Below, piece after piece: positions 1 to 10,085 of a DNA stretch of 61,378 nucleotides. The notes under the pieces were generated by a model. That model saw nothing but the letters and a program-made list of their open reading frames with translations. It did no database searches and had not been told where the DNA came from. Position 1 is the stretch's first letter, and each line of letters opens with the position of its first letter. Source of the stretch: a virus (Duplodnaviria; Caudoviricetes); IMG/VR virus record IMGVR_UViG_3300046171_000014, positions 1 to 61,378 of that record; one strand, 5' to 3'. The translations under genes were made by a program, and so were the position numbers.

Positions 1-3000
1 GTTGATGCCAGTTACATAGTTTAGCGCCCCACGGTACGGGCCTTCCCCTAAATATGTACGCACGATGGTGTCTGCATCGTCCATCGGGTCATCTTCATCA
101 TCAGCAAACATGTTAAAGATCAGAGATGCCATGCCATAAAGCGGCATACCCGCGACCCCTGCCAAGACCCCTGCGGAACCGTATATACCTGCAAGTTGAT
201 AGGCGGCTATACGTCTGGCTTCTTTGCTTTGTCCTGTTGTAGCGTCTTTGTACAAACTATGCAGCAGTGACAGCATGGACACGCCATACCGCTTATACAT
301 GAACACTACGCGGCCTAGTGCGTTTTGGCTGATTGTTGGCGCTGCCCCCGCAGCAAGTCCGCCGTTCATCATCTCCGCATCGTTGATGGCTTCTATGGCT
401 GCATCCTTGCGTAGCTGTATATCTTCGGCAGAGTTAAGCTCCACGTTTGGATTTGCTTTTCTAGCTTTTTCTAAAGCTAGTTGGTACGCAGCTATCATAG
501 ATACTTCACGGTTAAAACGCTCGCCGTGAAATAGGAAAAACCCAGAGGCTTTATTAAACTTAGCCCAAAAACCGGTCATGCGGTCGATATCTAGGATCTC
601 ATGGTCCAAAGAACGTCTAAACTGTCCTGTGTCTACACCGGCTTCAATAAGTTCTTTTAAGTCTTGCTGATCCTGCGATAGGTCTTTTCTATCGAAGTCT
701 ATATTCTCAGCAGAGAACGCTGCGGGAACCTCTTGCACCTCTGTTGTAGGGTTTCCGTTATCATCGGTGCCAAACGTCTCGACTTTACGAGTACGCCCAG
801 CGGTGCGTATAAGCCCCCCAGCTTTTTTCATAGCGTTCATAGTAGCGGGGTAAGATTTATATTTACCGCCTAGATACGGCAGGGCAATGAGCGGTATTTG
901 CGACAGGTTTACCAAGCCGCCAGAGACGTTGAAGCCGAGAGTAAAGTTAAACGCAACGCCTGTAGCGGCTCTGGACAGCCCGCTCACCTGCGGAAACGCG
1001 CCTATTTCGTTGAACCTTTGTAGTTGCTCATACACCACGACTTGTCCCGGTGTAGCCGTGTCTTTTACTTCTGCGTTAAACGCCTGTTCAAGCCCAGCCC
1101 GCAGCCGTGAGAACTTACCTTTATATTCCATCTCTACAATCTGCCGCGTTATAGAGCGCGCACGATCTGTTATGGTAGTTATAGCATCAGGGTTGTATCC
1201 CAGCGCACCTTGTGCAATCTCGCCCGCTTTACGCTGTCTAAACGACTGCAAGTAAGATGTCTGCGGCAGTGTGTTCAAGATAAGCTCAGTTACTTCTGCC
1301 CGAAGTGTTTCGTTACCCGCCGCCTGCTCATTAACCTTTGACATAAGTTGGTTCACAAACGCAGTGTCTGGCGCTCTGCGGGTGTAGTGTTGTATATCTA
1401 CTCCTCTTGGGAACACCATACTCTCCGCTATAAGTCGCTCTGCTATTTGCGAATCAGTCAGAGTGTCAGGAAACCCAGCCATACCCTTTGTAGCGGATAT
1501 TTTAGCTTGCCCACCTTCAGAGTTCACATAGTTTTGTATTAACTCAGGCATTAATTTTTTATACGCCCGCGCACGTTGTGCATCGCTTTCATACGCTTCT
1601 GCGTAATACTCAATTCTACCTGTGTTAGGGTCTACCGCTTCAAACTGTATCCAAAAATCCCCTCTACGGTTGAGCGGGAAATACGGGTCGATAGAACCTT
1701 GTTCAGCAAGGCGTTGGAAAAATGAGTTCAGTACCTCATCTCGTGTGGCTGCATCCACTCCAGCATCGTCTAGGCGAGCGCCCAAAGCTCTACGAAGCTC
1801 ATCTTTCTTGGCGCGGAACAAGTTACGTGCAAGCCGATACTGACGCATCCCATCTGCGCCGCCTTTGTTCACTTCTACCACAAGATCTCGTACCCCCTGC
1901 CAACGTGCAAGGCGCTCCGTGCCTTCTCCATACGCTTCTATAGCTTGGAGTTCGTTTAGTTCAGGGTCAACTTCATACAACGTACTCTCGTTAAACAGTC
2001 TATTCAGCGAAGGCGCTAAGTCTTTGTGGGTGTTAGCCCACTTGGCTAACCCATCTGTAATGACTTGTGTTTTAGCTGTTTCTTCTTGCAGCGTACCCGC
2101 AGCTTTGTTCATCGTGTTGTTTATCTGTGGGATTATAGTTTGCATCATGGGCGTAGGGAAATAACGCAACGCTATGTCGTCCATGTAATGCAGGGGTGTG
2201 GCTTTGGTTAGGATGCTTCCCAGCGTCTCGCCTAATACACTCAACCCACTTCGTGTTTTATCTTCCATAAACGCAAGGTACTTTGTAGCGCCTTCGTCGT
2301 TGAAGATAGGGCCGTTACGCAGGGCGCTGTTCATCGCCTTGTTGGCCTGTTTGGGATTGTTGGCAACATTAAATAACACTTCAGCGTTACGATACTGAGG
2401 CGCAGGGGCCAGCAGTGAGCCGATCTGCAACTCTAATTCATCCAATGCAGAGATTGGCTCTTTGTACTCTATCGCGTTGTTCTTGATCTGCACGTTGAAG
2501 ATGGACCGCGCTATACGGGCAATCGCACGTTTTATCTGGCTAAACGCGCTCTCACCTTTGCCCTTAACTTGTAGCTGTGCAAGCTGCTGTTGGAACTTAG
2601 GGTTACTAAATGCTTCGGCTACAAATTCCAGCAGTGAGCTTGATCCGTAGTAGGAAGGCAAACTCTCGCGCACCTCGTTAAATATACGCTCTATAGCCTG
2701 TACAGGAGCCGCGCTGGGATTATTTGCTATGGTCGCTGACGTGGCTGCATGTAGCATTTCATGCAACAACGTGTGCCCGGTAAGCGGGACGTTTGTGTTA
2801 AACACGATTGTATTTGTTTTCGGGTCGAATGCACCGGCAATCCGATCTCCTACATCTGCAAACACCACCCGTGTGTTGCCCGCAACCCGTGCCAATGCTT
2901 TTGCCATAGGCGCAAACTTTGGGTTTGGTGTAGTCTTAGCGTACTGCCGCAACGCATCCCCAAGGTTGTTATCCTCAAGCATGGTCAACGTGGTAGCGTC

Positions 3001-5724
3001 CAAGGGGTAATCCAGCCCGACCACATACTCTATCGGGATTGGCATAAATTCACTAAGGCCGTTTTCGGCGTTGACTAGAACATCATCGTCAAATTCTTTT
3101 CTCAACGCCAATAGTTCGGCATCGGACAATGTTTCCGCGTCTTGTTCTCTGGTTTTTAGCCACCGCTCAAAAGCTTTTACCCTCGCGGCTTCTACCCGAT
3201 CTTGCTTTTTAAACGCCGCTGCGACAACCTCATCATCTGTCCTCTGCTCTCTTGCCACTGCTTTTTTGGCGGCTTGTATTTTTCCAAATTCTTGAGCAAC
3301 GTGAGCAAGCTGCGTAGGTGACAGGGCTTGGCTAGTGCGAGGACGCACTTTTGCCTTGGAGATAGGGTCACGAATGAACGTGTTATTACGCACATATTCT
3401 TCAAACAATGCATTTTCAGTCAATTCGTTTACATCGCTCGGTCGAACAGGCTGATTGCCCAAAGCTACACTTGGGCGCTTCGGGTCTTGCAACGCTTCTT
3501 TACGCGCATCTACGATACGCTGTTTCAGTGCATCTGCTTCCGATACAGGTTGCGCTCCGCTAGTGTCAGGCAGTGTAGGATCATTGCCCTTTTCTTCTGC
3601 AAGGGCCTTTGCTTGATCTCGCTGCGCTGCGCTTCGTACTGCATCGTCTGCGGATTCTATAGCTCTACGGCGTTCCAAAGCCACATCGTCTCTGCGATCT
3701 GTAGCTTCGGGCCTAGTTTCTTTAGGCGTAGCTTTCGCCACATATTCCGCTACTCGCGCCTGTAACTCCGCGTCTTTGGGTTTGTACTTCTTCAACGCAG
3801 CCAGAACATTGTCTCTGTCTGCAAGCACGGCGTCTCTGTCGTTAGCTTCTATAGACTTAGCCAAAGAGTTTTTAGCTATCTGATACGCTGCACTGCCTTT
3901 AGCCACACCTAACTCGTCAAGAGCTTGCATGGTGGGGAGCGCGGCTACTGGCTCTTGCGCTGTTGAGATTGCGCTAGGCTCTAGTTCTGCGGGGGTAGAT
4001 CGGGGCCTTTGTACTGGAGCATAGCGTGTATCGCTCTCTGGATATGGTTTGCCCGTCTCTAAAGTTACTGGATCTGTAGGGTAAAGATAGCCGGGAATTA
4101 ATTGCTTGCCCTTGGCTTTCTGCTCTACTTCTTCAAGCTGCTGCTGGGCAGTTTCTGAAGTCGTTGCTGTTGTAGCAGGTTTAGGAGCGTTGGCCTCAAG
4201 CATCTGTTGAACCGCATCTGGACCGGCATCCAAGAGCATCCGAACTTTTGCATTGGCTGTCATAGGATTTAGCGCGTCTTCTGGTTTTAGAAGCCCCACT
4301 TCAGCAAGGTACTTCGCTGCCGGTAGAGACACTAACGCCGCGCCTCCCGCGTCTTTCTGTTTCTGCGCTTTACTCAAAGTATTTCGGATGCGCTCGTAGT
4401 CTATCGCTTGGCCTGCTTCAAGCTCGGCTTGCAGTCGCGCTGCTTCGCGCTGCTCTGCTTCAAACTCGGCGGCTTCCCTAAACGCTGCATCCTCTGGTTC
4501 TTTGGCTTTGCGCTGCTGCTCTGCTCGCGCCGCTGCCATCTCAAACGCATCGGCTTCAGAAGGTACAACGTCCTCCGCTAATACCTCTTCTTCTTTGGGA
4601 GCTTGGTTCTCAAACTCTTCAACAACCTCTAATGTATCTGACTGCGTTCCATCTCCGTCTCTAAACAGATCAGGAGTTTCGCCACGTTCTCCCACTCCCT
4701 GTTGCTGAGATGCTCCAGTTCCGGTGGGACTTCTAGGAACGTCTCCGGGTTGGGGTTCTCCAACGCCTTGTCCATCACCCGCAAGGCCAGCTCCATCTTC
4801 TTGAGTTCCATCTGGGCCTCCTTCATCTTTTGCGGCGGCTTCCTCTACCAACCTCTGTTCTTCGTCCGTTAGTTTAGGCGGACCTGCGCGGCGATTAGGA
4901 ATTACCAAATCTACCATAAGCTGGATCAGCCCACCTGCACCTGCGCCGTAGCCTGCGGCTTCTAAGTTGCCTTCAGCGAGTAGCTGTGTGGGGTCGTACC
5001 CTTGCTGGATAAGGTTCTGTAATGTGTTGGCCGCGGCTTCCTGTGCGCCCTCTATGCCACCTTGCTCAAACGCTCGCAGGATGCGGTTCCGCACACCGAA
5101 AGGTCTCAAAGCTTTTTGTAGCGGGCCTACAAACGGAATAAGTTCGGTCAGGCCTACACCCGCACCTTTTAGTGCTGCGTCACTGCGTATCGCCTCGTCG
5201 GTGCCTTCGGCTCTCGCACGTTCACTAGCTTCGCCTGCCCCCGCCGCTGTAGCTAAACCTGCCGCTATTGGTAGCCCAATGCCGGGAATGATGGCAGGGG
5301 CGTATGTACCCGCAATAGATCCTACCGCCTCACCAAACTTACCTGTGCGTGTATCTTCTAGCCCAAGATCAGGCTGTAACCCCTGTGTAGCTGCATAGCC
5401 TTGGCGTCTAATAAACTCGCGGGTGGGGTCTTCGTATTCTTCTGGCAGCAATGTAGCCGCACCCAGAGCGCCTGTCTCAAGAAGCCCAAGCCCGCCGCGA
5501 CCTATACCCTTGAAGAACTCGCCAGCTAGGTTGGCTATACCCGCACCCTCACCGGGAGTGGCACTCATGTCATACTTTTCTTCAAAATATTGCGCAAACT
5601 CCGCGTCGTCTTTACGGATTATTGCGTCCATGCGCCGTAAATCATCTACGGTTGGCTCGTCACCTGCAATAGTGAATTCATACTTTTGGCCGCTAAGTTC
5701 GCTTACGCGGGGTATAGTTCCCAT
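1..5724 (-). CDS. Giant virion/ejection polyvalent protein, N-terminal 1908 codons; HExxH metallopeptidase-like and PLxRFG-like domains; continues across the circular junction
   Basis: Not in the ORF track. ATG at 5724 with GGAGAG RBS gives MGTIPRVSELSGQKYEF. The frame is open in all segments I checked and ends exactly at position 1 (RGALNYVTGIN). Motifs HTLLHEMLHAAT (~2740-2775) and DPYFPLNRRGDFW (~1650-1690). Confidence 0.85.
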   Translation of the reverse strand, partial: MGTIPRVSELSGQKYEFTIAGDEPTVDDLRRMDAIIRKDDAEFAQYFEEKYDMSATPGEGAGIANLAGEFFKGIGRGGLGLLETGALGAATLLPEEYEDPTREFIRRQGYAATQGLQPDLGLEDTRTGKFGEAVGSIAGTYAPAIIPGIGLPIAAGLATAAGAGEASERARAEGTDEAIRSDAALKGAGVGLTELIPFVGPLQKALRPFGVRNRILRAFEQGGIEGAQEAAANTLQNLIQQGYDPTQLLAEGNLEAAGYGAGAGGLIQLMVDLVIPNRRAGPPKLTDEEQRLVEEAAAKDEGGPDGTQEDGAGLAGDGQGVGEPQPGDVPRSPTGTGASQQQGVGERGETPDLFRDGDGTQSDTLEVVEEFENQAPKEEEVLAEDVVPSEADAFEMAAARAEQQRKAKEPEDAAFREAAEFEAEQREAARLQAELEAGQAIDYERIRNTLSKAQKQKDAGGAALVSLPAAKYLAEVGLLKPEDALNPMTANAKVRMLLDAGPDAVQQMLEANAPKPATTATTSETAQQQLEEVEQKAKGKQLIPGYLYPTDPVTLETGKPYPESDTRYAPVQRPRSTPAELEPSAISTAQEPVAALPTMQALDELGVAKGSAAYQIAKNSLAKSIEANDRDAVLADRDNVLAALKKYKPKDAELQARVAEYVAKATPKETRPEATDRRDDVALERRRAIESADDAVRSAAQRDQAKALAEEKGNDPTLPDTSGAQPVSEADALKQRIVDARKEALQDPKRPSVALGNQPVRPSDVNELTENALFEEYVRNNTFIRDPISKAKVRPRTSQALSPTQLAHVAQEFGKIQAAKKAVAREQRTDDEVVAAAFKKQDRVEAARVKAFERWLKTREQDAETLSDAELLALRKEFDDDVLVNAENGLSEFMPIPIEYVVGLDYPLDATTLTMLEDNNLGDALRQYAKTTPNPKFAPMAKALARVAGNTRVVFADVGDRIAGAFDPKTNTIVFNTNVPLTGHTLLHEMLHAATSATIANNPSAAPVQAIERIFNEVRESLPSYYGSSSLLEFVAEAFSNPKFQQQLAQLQVKGKGESAFSQIKRAIARIARSIFNVQIKNNAIEYKEPISALDELELQIGSLLAPAPQYRNAEVLFNVANNPKQANKAMNSALRNGPIFNDEGATKYLAFMEDKTRSGLSVLGETLGSILTKATPLHYMDDIALRYFPTPMMQTIIPQINNTMNKAAGTLQEETAKTQVITDGLAKWANTHKDLAPSLNRLFNESTLYEVDPELNELQAIEAYGEGTERLARWQGVRDLVVEVNKGGADGMRQYRLARNLFRAKKDELRRALGARLDDAGVDAATRDEVLNSFFQRLAEQGSIDPYFPLNRRGDFWIQFEAVDPNTGRIEYYAEAYESDAQRARAYKKLMPELIQNYVNSEGGQAKISATKGMAGFPDTLTDSQIAERLIAESMVFPRGVDIQHYTRRAPDTAFVNQLMSKVNEQAAGNETLRAEVTELILNTLPQTSYLQSFRQRKAGEIAQGALGYNPDAITTITDRARSITRQIVEMEYKGKFSRLRAGLEQAFNAEVKDTATPGQVVVYEQLQRFNEIGAFPQVSGLSRAATGVAFNFTLGFNVSGGLVNLSQIPLIALPYLGGKYKSYPATMNAMKKAGGLIRTAGRTRKVETFGTDDNGNPTTEVQEVPAAFSAENIDFDRKDLSQDQQDLKELIEAGVDTGQFRRSLDHEILDIDRMTGFWAKFNKASGFFLFHGERFNREVSMIAAYQLALEKARKANPNVELNSAEDIQLRKDAAIEAINDAEMMNGGLAAGAAPTISQNALGRVVFMYKRYGVSMLSLLHSLYKDATTGQSKEARRIAAYQLAGIYGSAGVLAGVAGMPLYGMASLIFNMFADDEDDPMDDADTIVRTYLGEGPYRGALNYVTGIN

Positions 5725-5735
5725 GAATGGCTCTC

Positions 5736-7949
5736 CTAGGGTAGACTAATTTTTTTAACGTCATCCGTGCCCCCAGCAACGGGACCGATTAGAGATTCCC
5801 CCCGCTCGACTCTTGCTAACCGTTCTTTTATCTCTTCTATTCTTGTAGTTAGTGAATCTCTTACAGCAGGTGCTAAGTTATCCCCTGCGGAATTTAGCAA
5901 AAACTCTTTGTCTCTAAGCTCTTTACTTAATTCTGTAAAAAGAGCGGTTTCAGTTACTTGCGGCCTTGCTCTTCCAGCCATTGACGCAGCCGCTCGTATC
6001 CGTGCAGCTTCTAGCGTAGCGTCTATCTTCGCTTGCGCTAAACCAGCGGTCTTCTCGGCAGCGCGTTGTTTCTGTAGACCCGCCGCTGCTACTCCCGCAC
6101 CCTCACCAAATGCGCCAAGCAGTGTTGGGTTCTTAGACGCTGCCATTGCCGCGCCACCTTGAGCGATAGCCAACCACGCATCTGTACTAAGGCCCTTAGG
6201 TTGCTTAGCGGCATCGTTAATCGCTTTGGTAGAGACAGTTGTTATCCCGCCAGCATCAGGGGTTGTAGGGGTGGTTGTAGGGGTGGTTGTATCTGCTACA
6301 GGCGCAACATCTTGAGGAACGTCAAAGGGATCTTGCCTTGCAACTTCCGCAAGCTCCTGCTCCACCAATATTTGTTTTAGCGGAGGCACCTTTGCTGCAT
6401 TTCTTAGTGCCTCTGCTTGCTCTATGCTGTCTTGAAAAGATTCATAAGCATCTGCAAATGGGTTTGCCCCAGAATCCGTGACAGGTAAAGGGTTGGCTGA
6501 TGCGGCAACTTCTACATTATCTTGACCGCCTATACTCTGTAAGGGAGTTAAAGATGTACTTCTAGTAGGAAGATCCAGCGGATCCTCCCTCGCAATAGCC
6601 GCAAAATTTTCTTTACTCGGAATGAACGCAGGCTTACTAGACGCATCAGACACAGGATCAAAATCACCTGCCAAGACTTCTTGCAGCCCCATAGTGTCGC
6701 CAAATTTTGGGTCAGTGCCAACGTCTACATTAGGCTGGGTCTTTCTAGATGCTTCTAAATTAGCAGCTTCCTCTGCTTGTCTTTGCGCGTTGAGCATGTT
6801 CATCATGCGCGTATCTTCAATGGTAGTGCCGCCCGGTCTACCACTTGTCATTTTTTGCGATTCCATAAATTTAGCGAGCGCCCTGTCTTCTGGAGACCGC
6901 GCTGCGGGCATCGTTGCAATAGCTTCGTCCAACAGCCCCTGCTGCTGCGCTAACTCAAGTATATCTGAATTACCTTCAGCTATAGCCTGTTGCACCTGCT
7001 GCATAGTCAGAGTTATGGGTGTGGTCTTGTCTATATCTATAGCACTCTGTGCAGCGGCGATAGCGCTCTCTAGTTTGTCAGTCCCTGCTGTACTGACCGC
7101 ACTCTCACCTGTGGGTGGAGCTACCATACTTAACACATCTGTTTCTGGTGGGGGTAGTAAAGATTGCGCAGCCCCAAAAGGATCTACCCCGGTGCTAGAA
7201 GTTGCTATTGAGGCAATCCCTTGCCCGTCTAACTCAGGATTAAAGCTAGGTTGCGCGGGAGATGTAACAATAGTAGGCCTCTCGCCCCCCATGCCAAGAC
7301 TAGATGGTACTGCTGGGCGAGTGTCTGTAGCTTCCGTTGAAGTAGGGCTAAACGGTCTAGCTGAACTTAACGTAGACTCAAGAGTGGGAGCTTCTGGAGC
7401 AGCTTCTTGCAATATCTCCGAACCTAAAGGTGCAGCGCTATCTTGTTTTTCTGGCCCTATATTTGCTTCCCGCCTGATAATAGCTGCCGCGCTAGGGTTT
7501 ATTTTTTCTCTTTCTCCACTTGGATACTCTACATATACTTCGCCATCTGGAAACGCATAGTAATTACGCGATCCTAATTTTACGAGCTTACCGCCCTGAC
7601 GCATCCCTACGATACCGCCGCTCGCCATAGGTTGTGGCGCTTGGGTAGCAGTTCGTGGCATCATATCACCCATGCCAGTATTCTGCCCCATGTCAGTCTT
7701 GGGTGCTAATGCTCGTGCTGCGTCTGCTATACCACCTTGCGGCATACCCGCAGCCATGACGACTTCTTCTGCTACGGTCGGTGTATCAGCAGCTTCTCTA
7801 CGAGCGTAGTCGTCCCGCATACGCTTACGCCGTTTTAGCTCAGACGTAATAAATATAGGCGCTATTTGGCCTGTAGGCATCTTCATCTGCTGGATCAACG
7901 CAGCGTCTGGCATATCCTTGAGGGCTTCAGTTTGCTCTAAGATGTTCAT
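5736..7949 (-). CDS. Putative internal virion/ejection protein
   Basis: 737 aa, Ala/Pro/Thr-rich with glycine-rich segments, MASGG/MRQGG motifs; located next to the giant virion protein. Confidence 0.6.
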   Translation of the reverse strand: MNILEQTEALKDMPDAALIQQMKMPTGQIAPIFITSELKRRKRMRDDYARREAADTPTVAEEVVMAAGMPQGGIADAARALAPKTDMGQNTGMGDMMPRTATQAPQPMASGGIVGMRQGGKLVKLGSRNYYAFPDGEVYVEYPSGEREKINPSAAAIIRREANIGPEKQDSAAPLGSEILQEAAPEAPTLESTLSSARPFSPTSTEATDTRPAVPSSLGMGGERPTIVTSPAQPSFNPELDGQGIASIATSSTGVDPFGAAQSLLPPPETDVLSMVAPPTGESAVSTAGTDKLESAIAAAQSAIDIDKTTPITLTMQQVQQAIAEGNSDILELAQQQGLLDEAIATMPAARSPEDRALAKFMESQKMTSGRPGGTTIEDTRMMNMLNAQRQAEEAANLEASRKTQPNVDVGTDPKFGDTMGLQEVLAGDFDPVSDASSKPAFIPSKENFAAIAREDPLDLPTRSTSLTPLQSIGGQDNVEVAASANPLPVTDSGANPFADAYESFQDSIEQAEALRNAAKVPPLKQILVEQELAEVARQDPFDVPQDVAPVADTTTPTTTPTTPDAGGITTVSTKAINDAAKQPKGLSTDAWLAIAQGGAAMAASKNPTLLGAFGEGAGVAAAGLQKQRAAEKTAGLAQAKIDATLEAARIRAAASMAGRARPQVTETALFTELSKELRDKEFLLNSAGDNLAPAVRDSLTTRIEEIKERLARVERGESLIGPVAGGTDDVKKISLP

Positions 7950-9667
7950 CCTGTTAATCCTCTATACAGGCCCAACCCAGATATACCTGCCCCCAAGGCT
8001 TGCTGTATTGGATTATATGCTTGATAGGTAGCCGTGCTGATATCAGGTTGTATAGGAACACCGCTAAGTAAACCAGCAAACCTTTCATACTGACGCATTG
8101 GGTAGTCTTGCTGACGCAAGAAGTCCTGATATGCAAGGTCAAGCCTTGCCTGATCCTCGCCTCTAATGTCACGACCAATGGTCTCAAGTAGCTGGGCACC
8201 CTGTATGTCTGCTGCCCTTGCTCTCTCGCCGTAGTCTACAAGCCCTCTACCAGCCCCTAGAGCGGCCTGATACGCAGCTAGGCCCTGACCCGCACCAAAC
8301 TGTCTTGACGCTTCTCTGGCAGACTGCACCCGCGCCCTCTCAGAGGCCTCTGCTGCCTGTATTCTAGCAGCCTCGTCAAGGCTTATACCCTGAACGCGAG
8401 CAAGCTCCGCAGCTTCAGACGCTTGAACCCTTGCGGCCTCATCCAAACTAATACCCTGTGTGCGAGCAAGCTCTGCTGCCCGTGCATTTTGAACCCTTGC
8501 ATCTTCTGCAACATCAATACCCTGCACACGCGCTCTTTCAGAAGCTTCTGAAGACTGTATTCTAGCTGCCTCGTCCAAGCTAATCCCTTGAGTTCTGGCA
8601 AGTTCAGCCGCCTCTGACCTCTGGACCCTAGCCGCTTCGTCAAGACTAATGCCTTGGGTTCGTGCAAGTTCAGCCGCTCTGGCATTCTGTACTCTGCCAG
8701 CTTCCCCAGCACGACCAGATTCCATTCTGCCGATCTCACTAATATTCAAGCCTTGAGTTCTACCAAGCTCCGCTGCACGGCGAGCATCAACTTCCATCTG
8801 TGCTGCTCTGTCAGATTCAAACGCCTTCATTGCTTGTTGGAACGCAGCCTGACTTCCAGCCGCTTGGATATCGCCAAGTTGTTCCTGCAAGCCCTCTTCT
8901 GCCATGCCTTGCTGTATGGCCTGACGAGATCCACCAAAGGCTCCCGCGCTTATTGCTCCTGCATCTCTTGCTGCTTGGCTCCTGCCAAAGTCTTCACGGG
9001 CCTCACGCTTCTGAACATCCACAACATTCTGCATGTATGGGTCCATGTATTGCTGTATTTCCGATCCACTAAACTGACGGGCTGGATCAAAATCGTATTG
9101 ATCCGCAGTCTGCGCGGAGAACTTAGCTTCTTGGAAATCTGCGAATGGGTCAGCACTGCCAGCCCTAAACCCAGCGTATGGATCTGCTCTACCAGCCTGA
9201 AAACCTGTGTACTCAGTGCCTCTACCCGCTCTGAAATCAGCGAATGGATCTGCGGAACCTGCACGGAAGCCAGCATATGGGTCAGCCCTGCCCGCTTGGA
9301 AACCTGTATATTCGTCAAATGCACCTGTATTGTAGTTAGCTAACCCCTCAAGGCCCGCAATCCCTCTGCGCTGTAGGGCAACTGCATCATCAAGACCCCC
9401 AATAGGTGTTTCAGCAATGCCACGAACCATAGCACGGGATGTATTGATATCACCGTAATCTTCAGATCCTGCTATACGCTCACCACCATACGGCACATAT
9501 GTAGATTCACCCGCAAGATCCCCATAAGCAGGATCATCAGGATAAAATGGTTGTGTAGCTTCCTCAGATCCCTTCAGAAGCCTTTGAAAGTACGGGTCTG
9601 CGTAATCTGGCAGACTTACTGTTCTTGTGGTGCCGCCAGCGGGTGCCTGCTGTGATCCCTTGCCCAT
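7946..9667 (-). CDS. Putative DNA transfer/ejection protein with 11-residue repeats
   Basis: MGKGSQ N-terminus, YMDPYMQNVVD...GAFGGSRQ motif seen in podovirus internal virion proteins, glycine-rich C-terminus, tandem repeats. Confidence 0.65.
   Translation of the reverse strand: MGKGSQQAPAGGTTRTVSLPDYADPYFQRLLKGSEEATQPFYPDDPAYGDLAGESTYVPYGGERIAGSEDYGDINTSRAMVRGIAETPIGGLDDAVALQRRGIAGLEGLANYNTGAFDEYTGFQAGRADPYAGFRAGSADPFADFRAGRGTEYTGFQAGRADPYAGFRAGSADPFADFQEAKFSAQTADQYDFDPARQFSGSEIQQYMDPYMQNVVDVQKREAREDFGRSQAARDAGAISAGAFGGSRQAIQQGMAEEGLQEQLGDIQAAGSQAAFQQAMKAFESDRAAQMEVDARRAAELGRTQGLNISEIGRMESGRAGEAGRVQNARAAELARTQGISLDEAARVQRSEAAELARTQGISLDEAARIQSSEASERARVQGIDVAEDARVQNARAAELARTQGISLDEAARVQASEAAELARVQGISLDEAARIQAAEASERARVQSAREASRQFGAGQGLAAYQAALGAGRGLVDYGERARAADIQGAQLLETIGRDIRGEDQARLDLAYQDFLRQQDYPMRQYERFAGLLSGVPIQPDISTATYQAYNPIQQALGAGISGLGLYRGLTG
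8320..9315 (-). repeat. Coding tandem repeats: 22-aa (ARAAELARTQGISLDEAARVQ-like) and 11/33-aa (EYTGFQAGRAD-PYAGFRAGSAD-PFADF)
   Basis: Visible in the translation of 7946..9667; boundaries approximate. Confidence 0.8.
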
Positions 9668-9668
9668 C

Positions 9669-10085
9669 CTATAACTCCATACGGTATGCTATATATTCTG
9701 GATAAAAACCGTTCCCCCGTAAAGCCCGTATCCAACCTTTTCTACCAAAACCTTCTAGGTGTCGGCAGTCGTTTTTCTTAGCGAACTCAGATATTGTATT
9801 AATAACAAGATCTTTCCATTCGTTTAGCTTACTGCCCCCAACAAAATCAAGCACCATAGACTTCCGCCTTGGGTACGTGGCTATACGTGTGGTTATAGCA
9901 GCGATCATTTTGTCCTCGTCATCTAAAACAACCCAAAGAACGTACACATCAGTCAAAATGCCGTTTAGTATATCTATAAGGTCTATCTTACCCCTAGAAG
10001 TATCCTCAACGCTCTTCTTTAGTAGCTCTTCAACGTCACTCCAAACATGTTTTACAGCCTCTTTAGGAACTGTGCTTACTCTCAC
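9669..10085 (-). CDS. GNAT-like small protein of the virion module
   Basis: 138 aa; YPRRK, FAKKNDCRHLEGFGRKGWIR pattern typical of phage acetyltransferase-like proteins upstream of ejection genes. Confidence 0.55.
   Translation of the reverse strand: MRVSTVPKEAVKHVWSDVEELLKKSVEDTSRGKIDLIDILNGILTDVYVLWVVLDDEDKMIAAITTRIATYPRRKSMVLDFVGGSKLNEWKDLVINTISEFAKKNDCRHLEGFGRKGWIRALRGNGFYPEYIAYRMEL

Noticed and set aside
224-7560. Many plus-strand ORFs, and short minus-strand ORFs at 3192 and 4629
   Set aside because: Antisense or off-frame shadows of the giant gene and the 737-aa gene.
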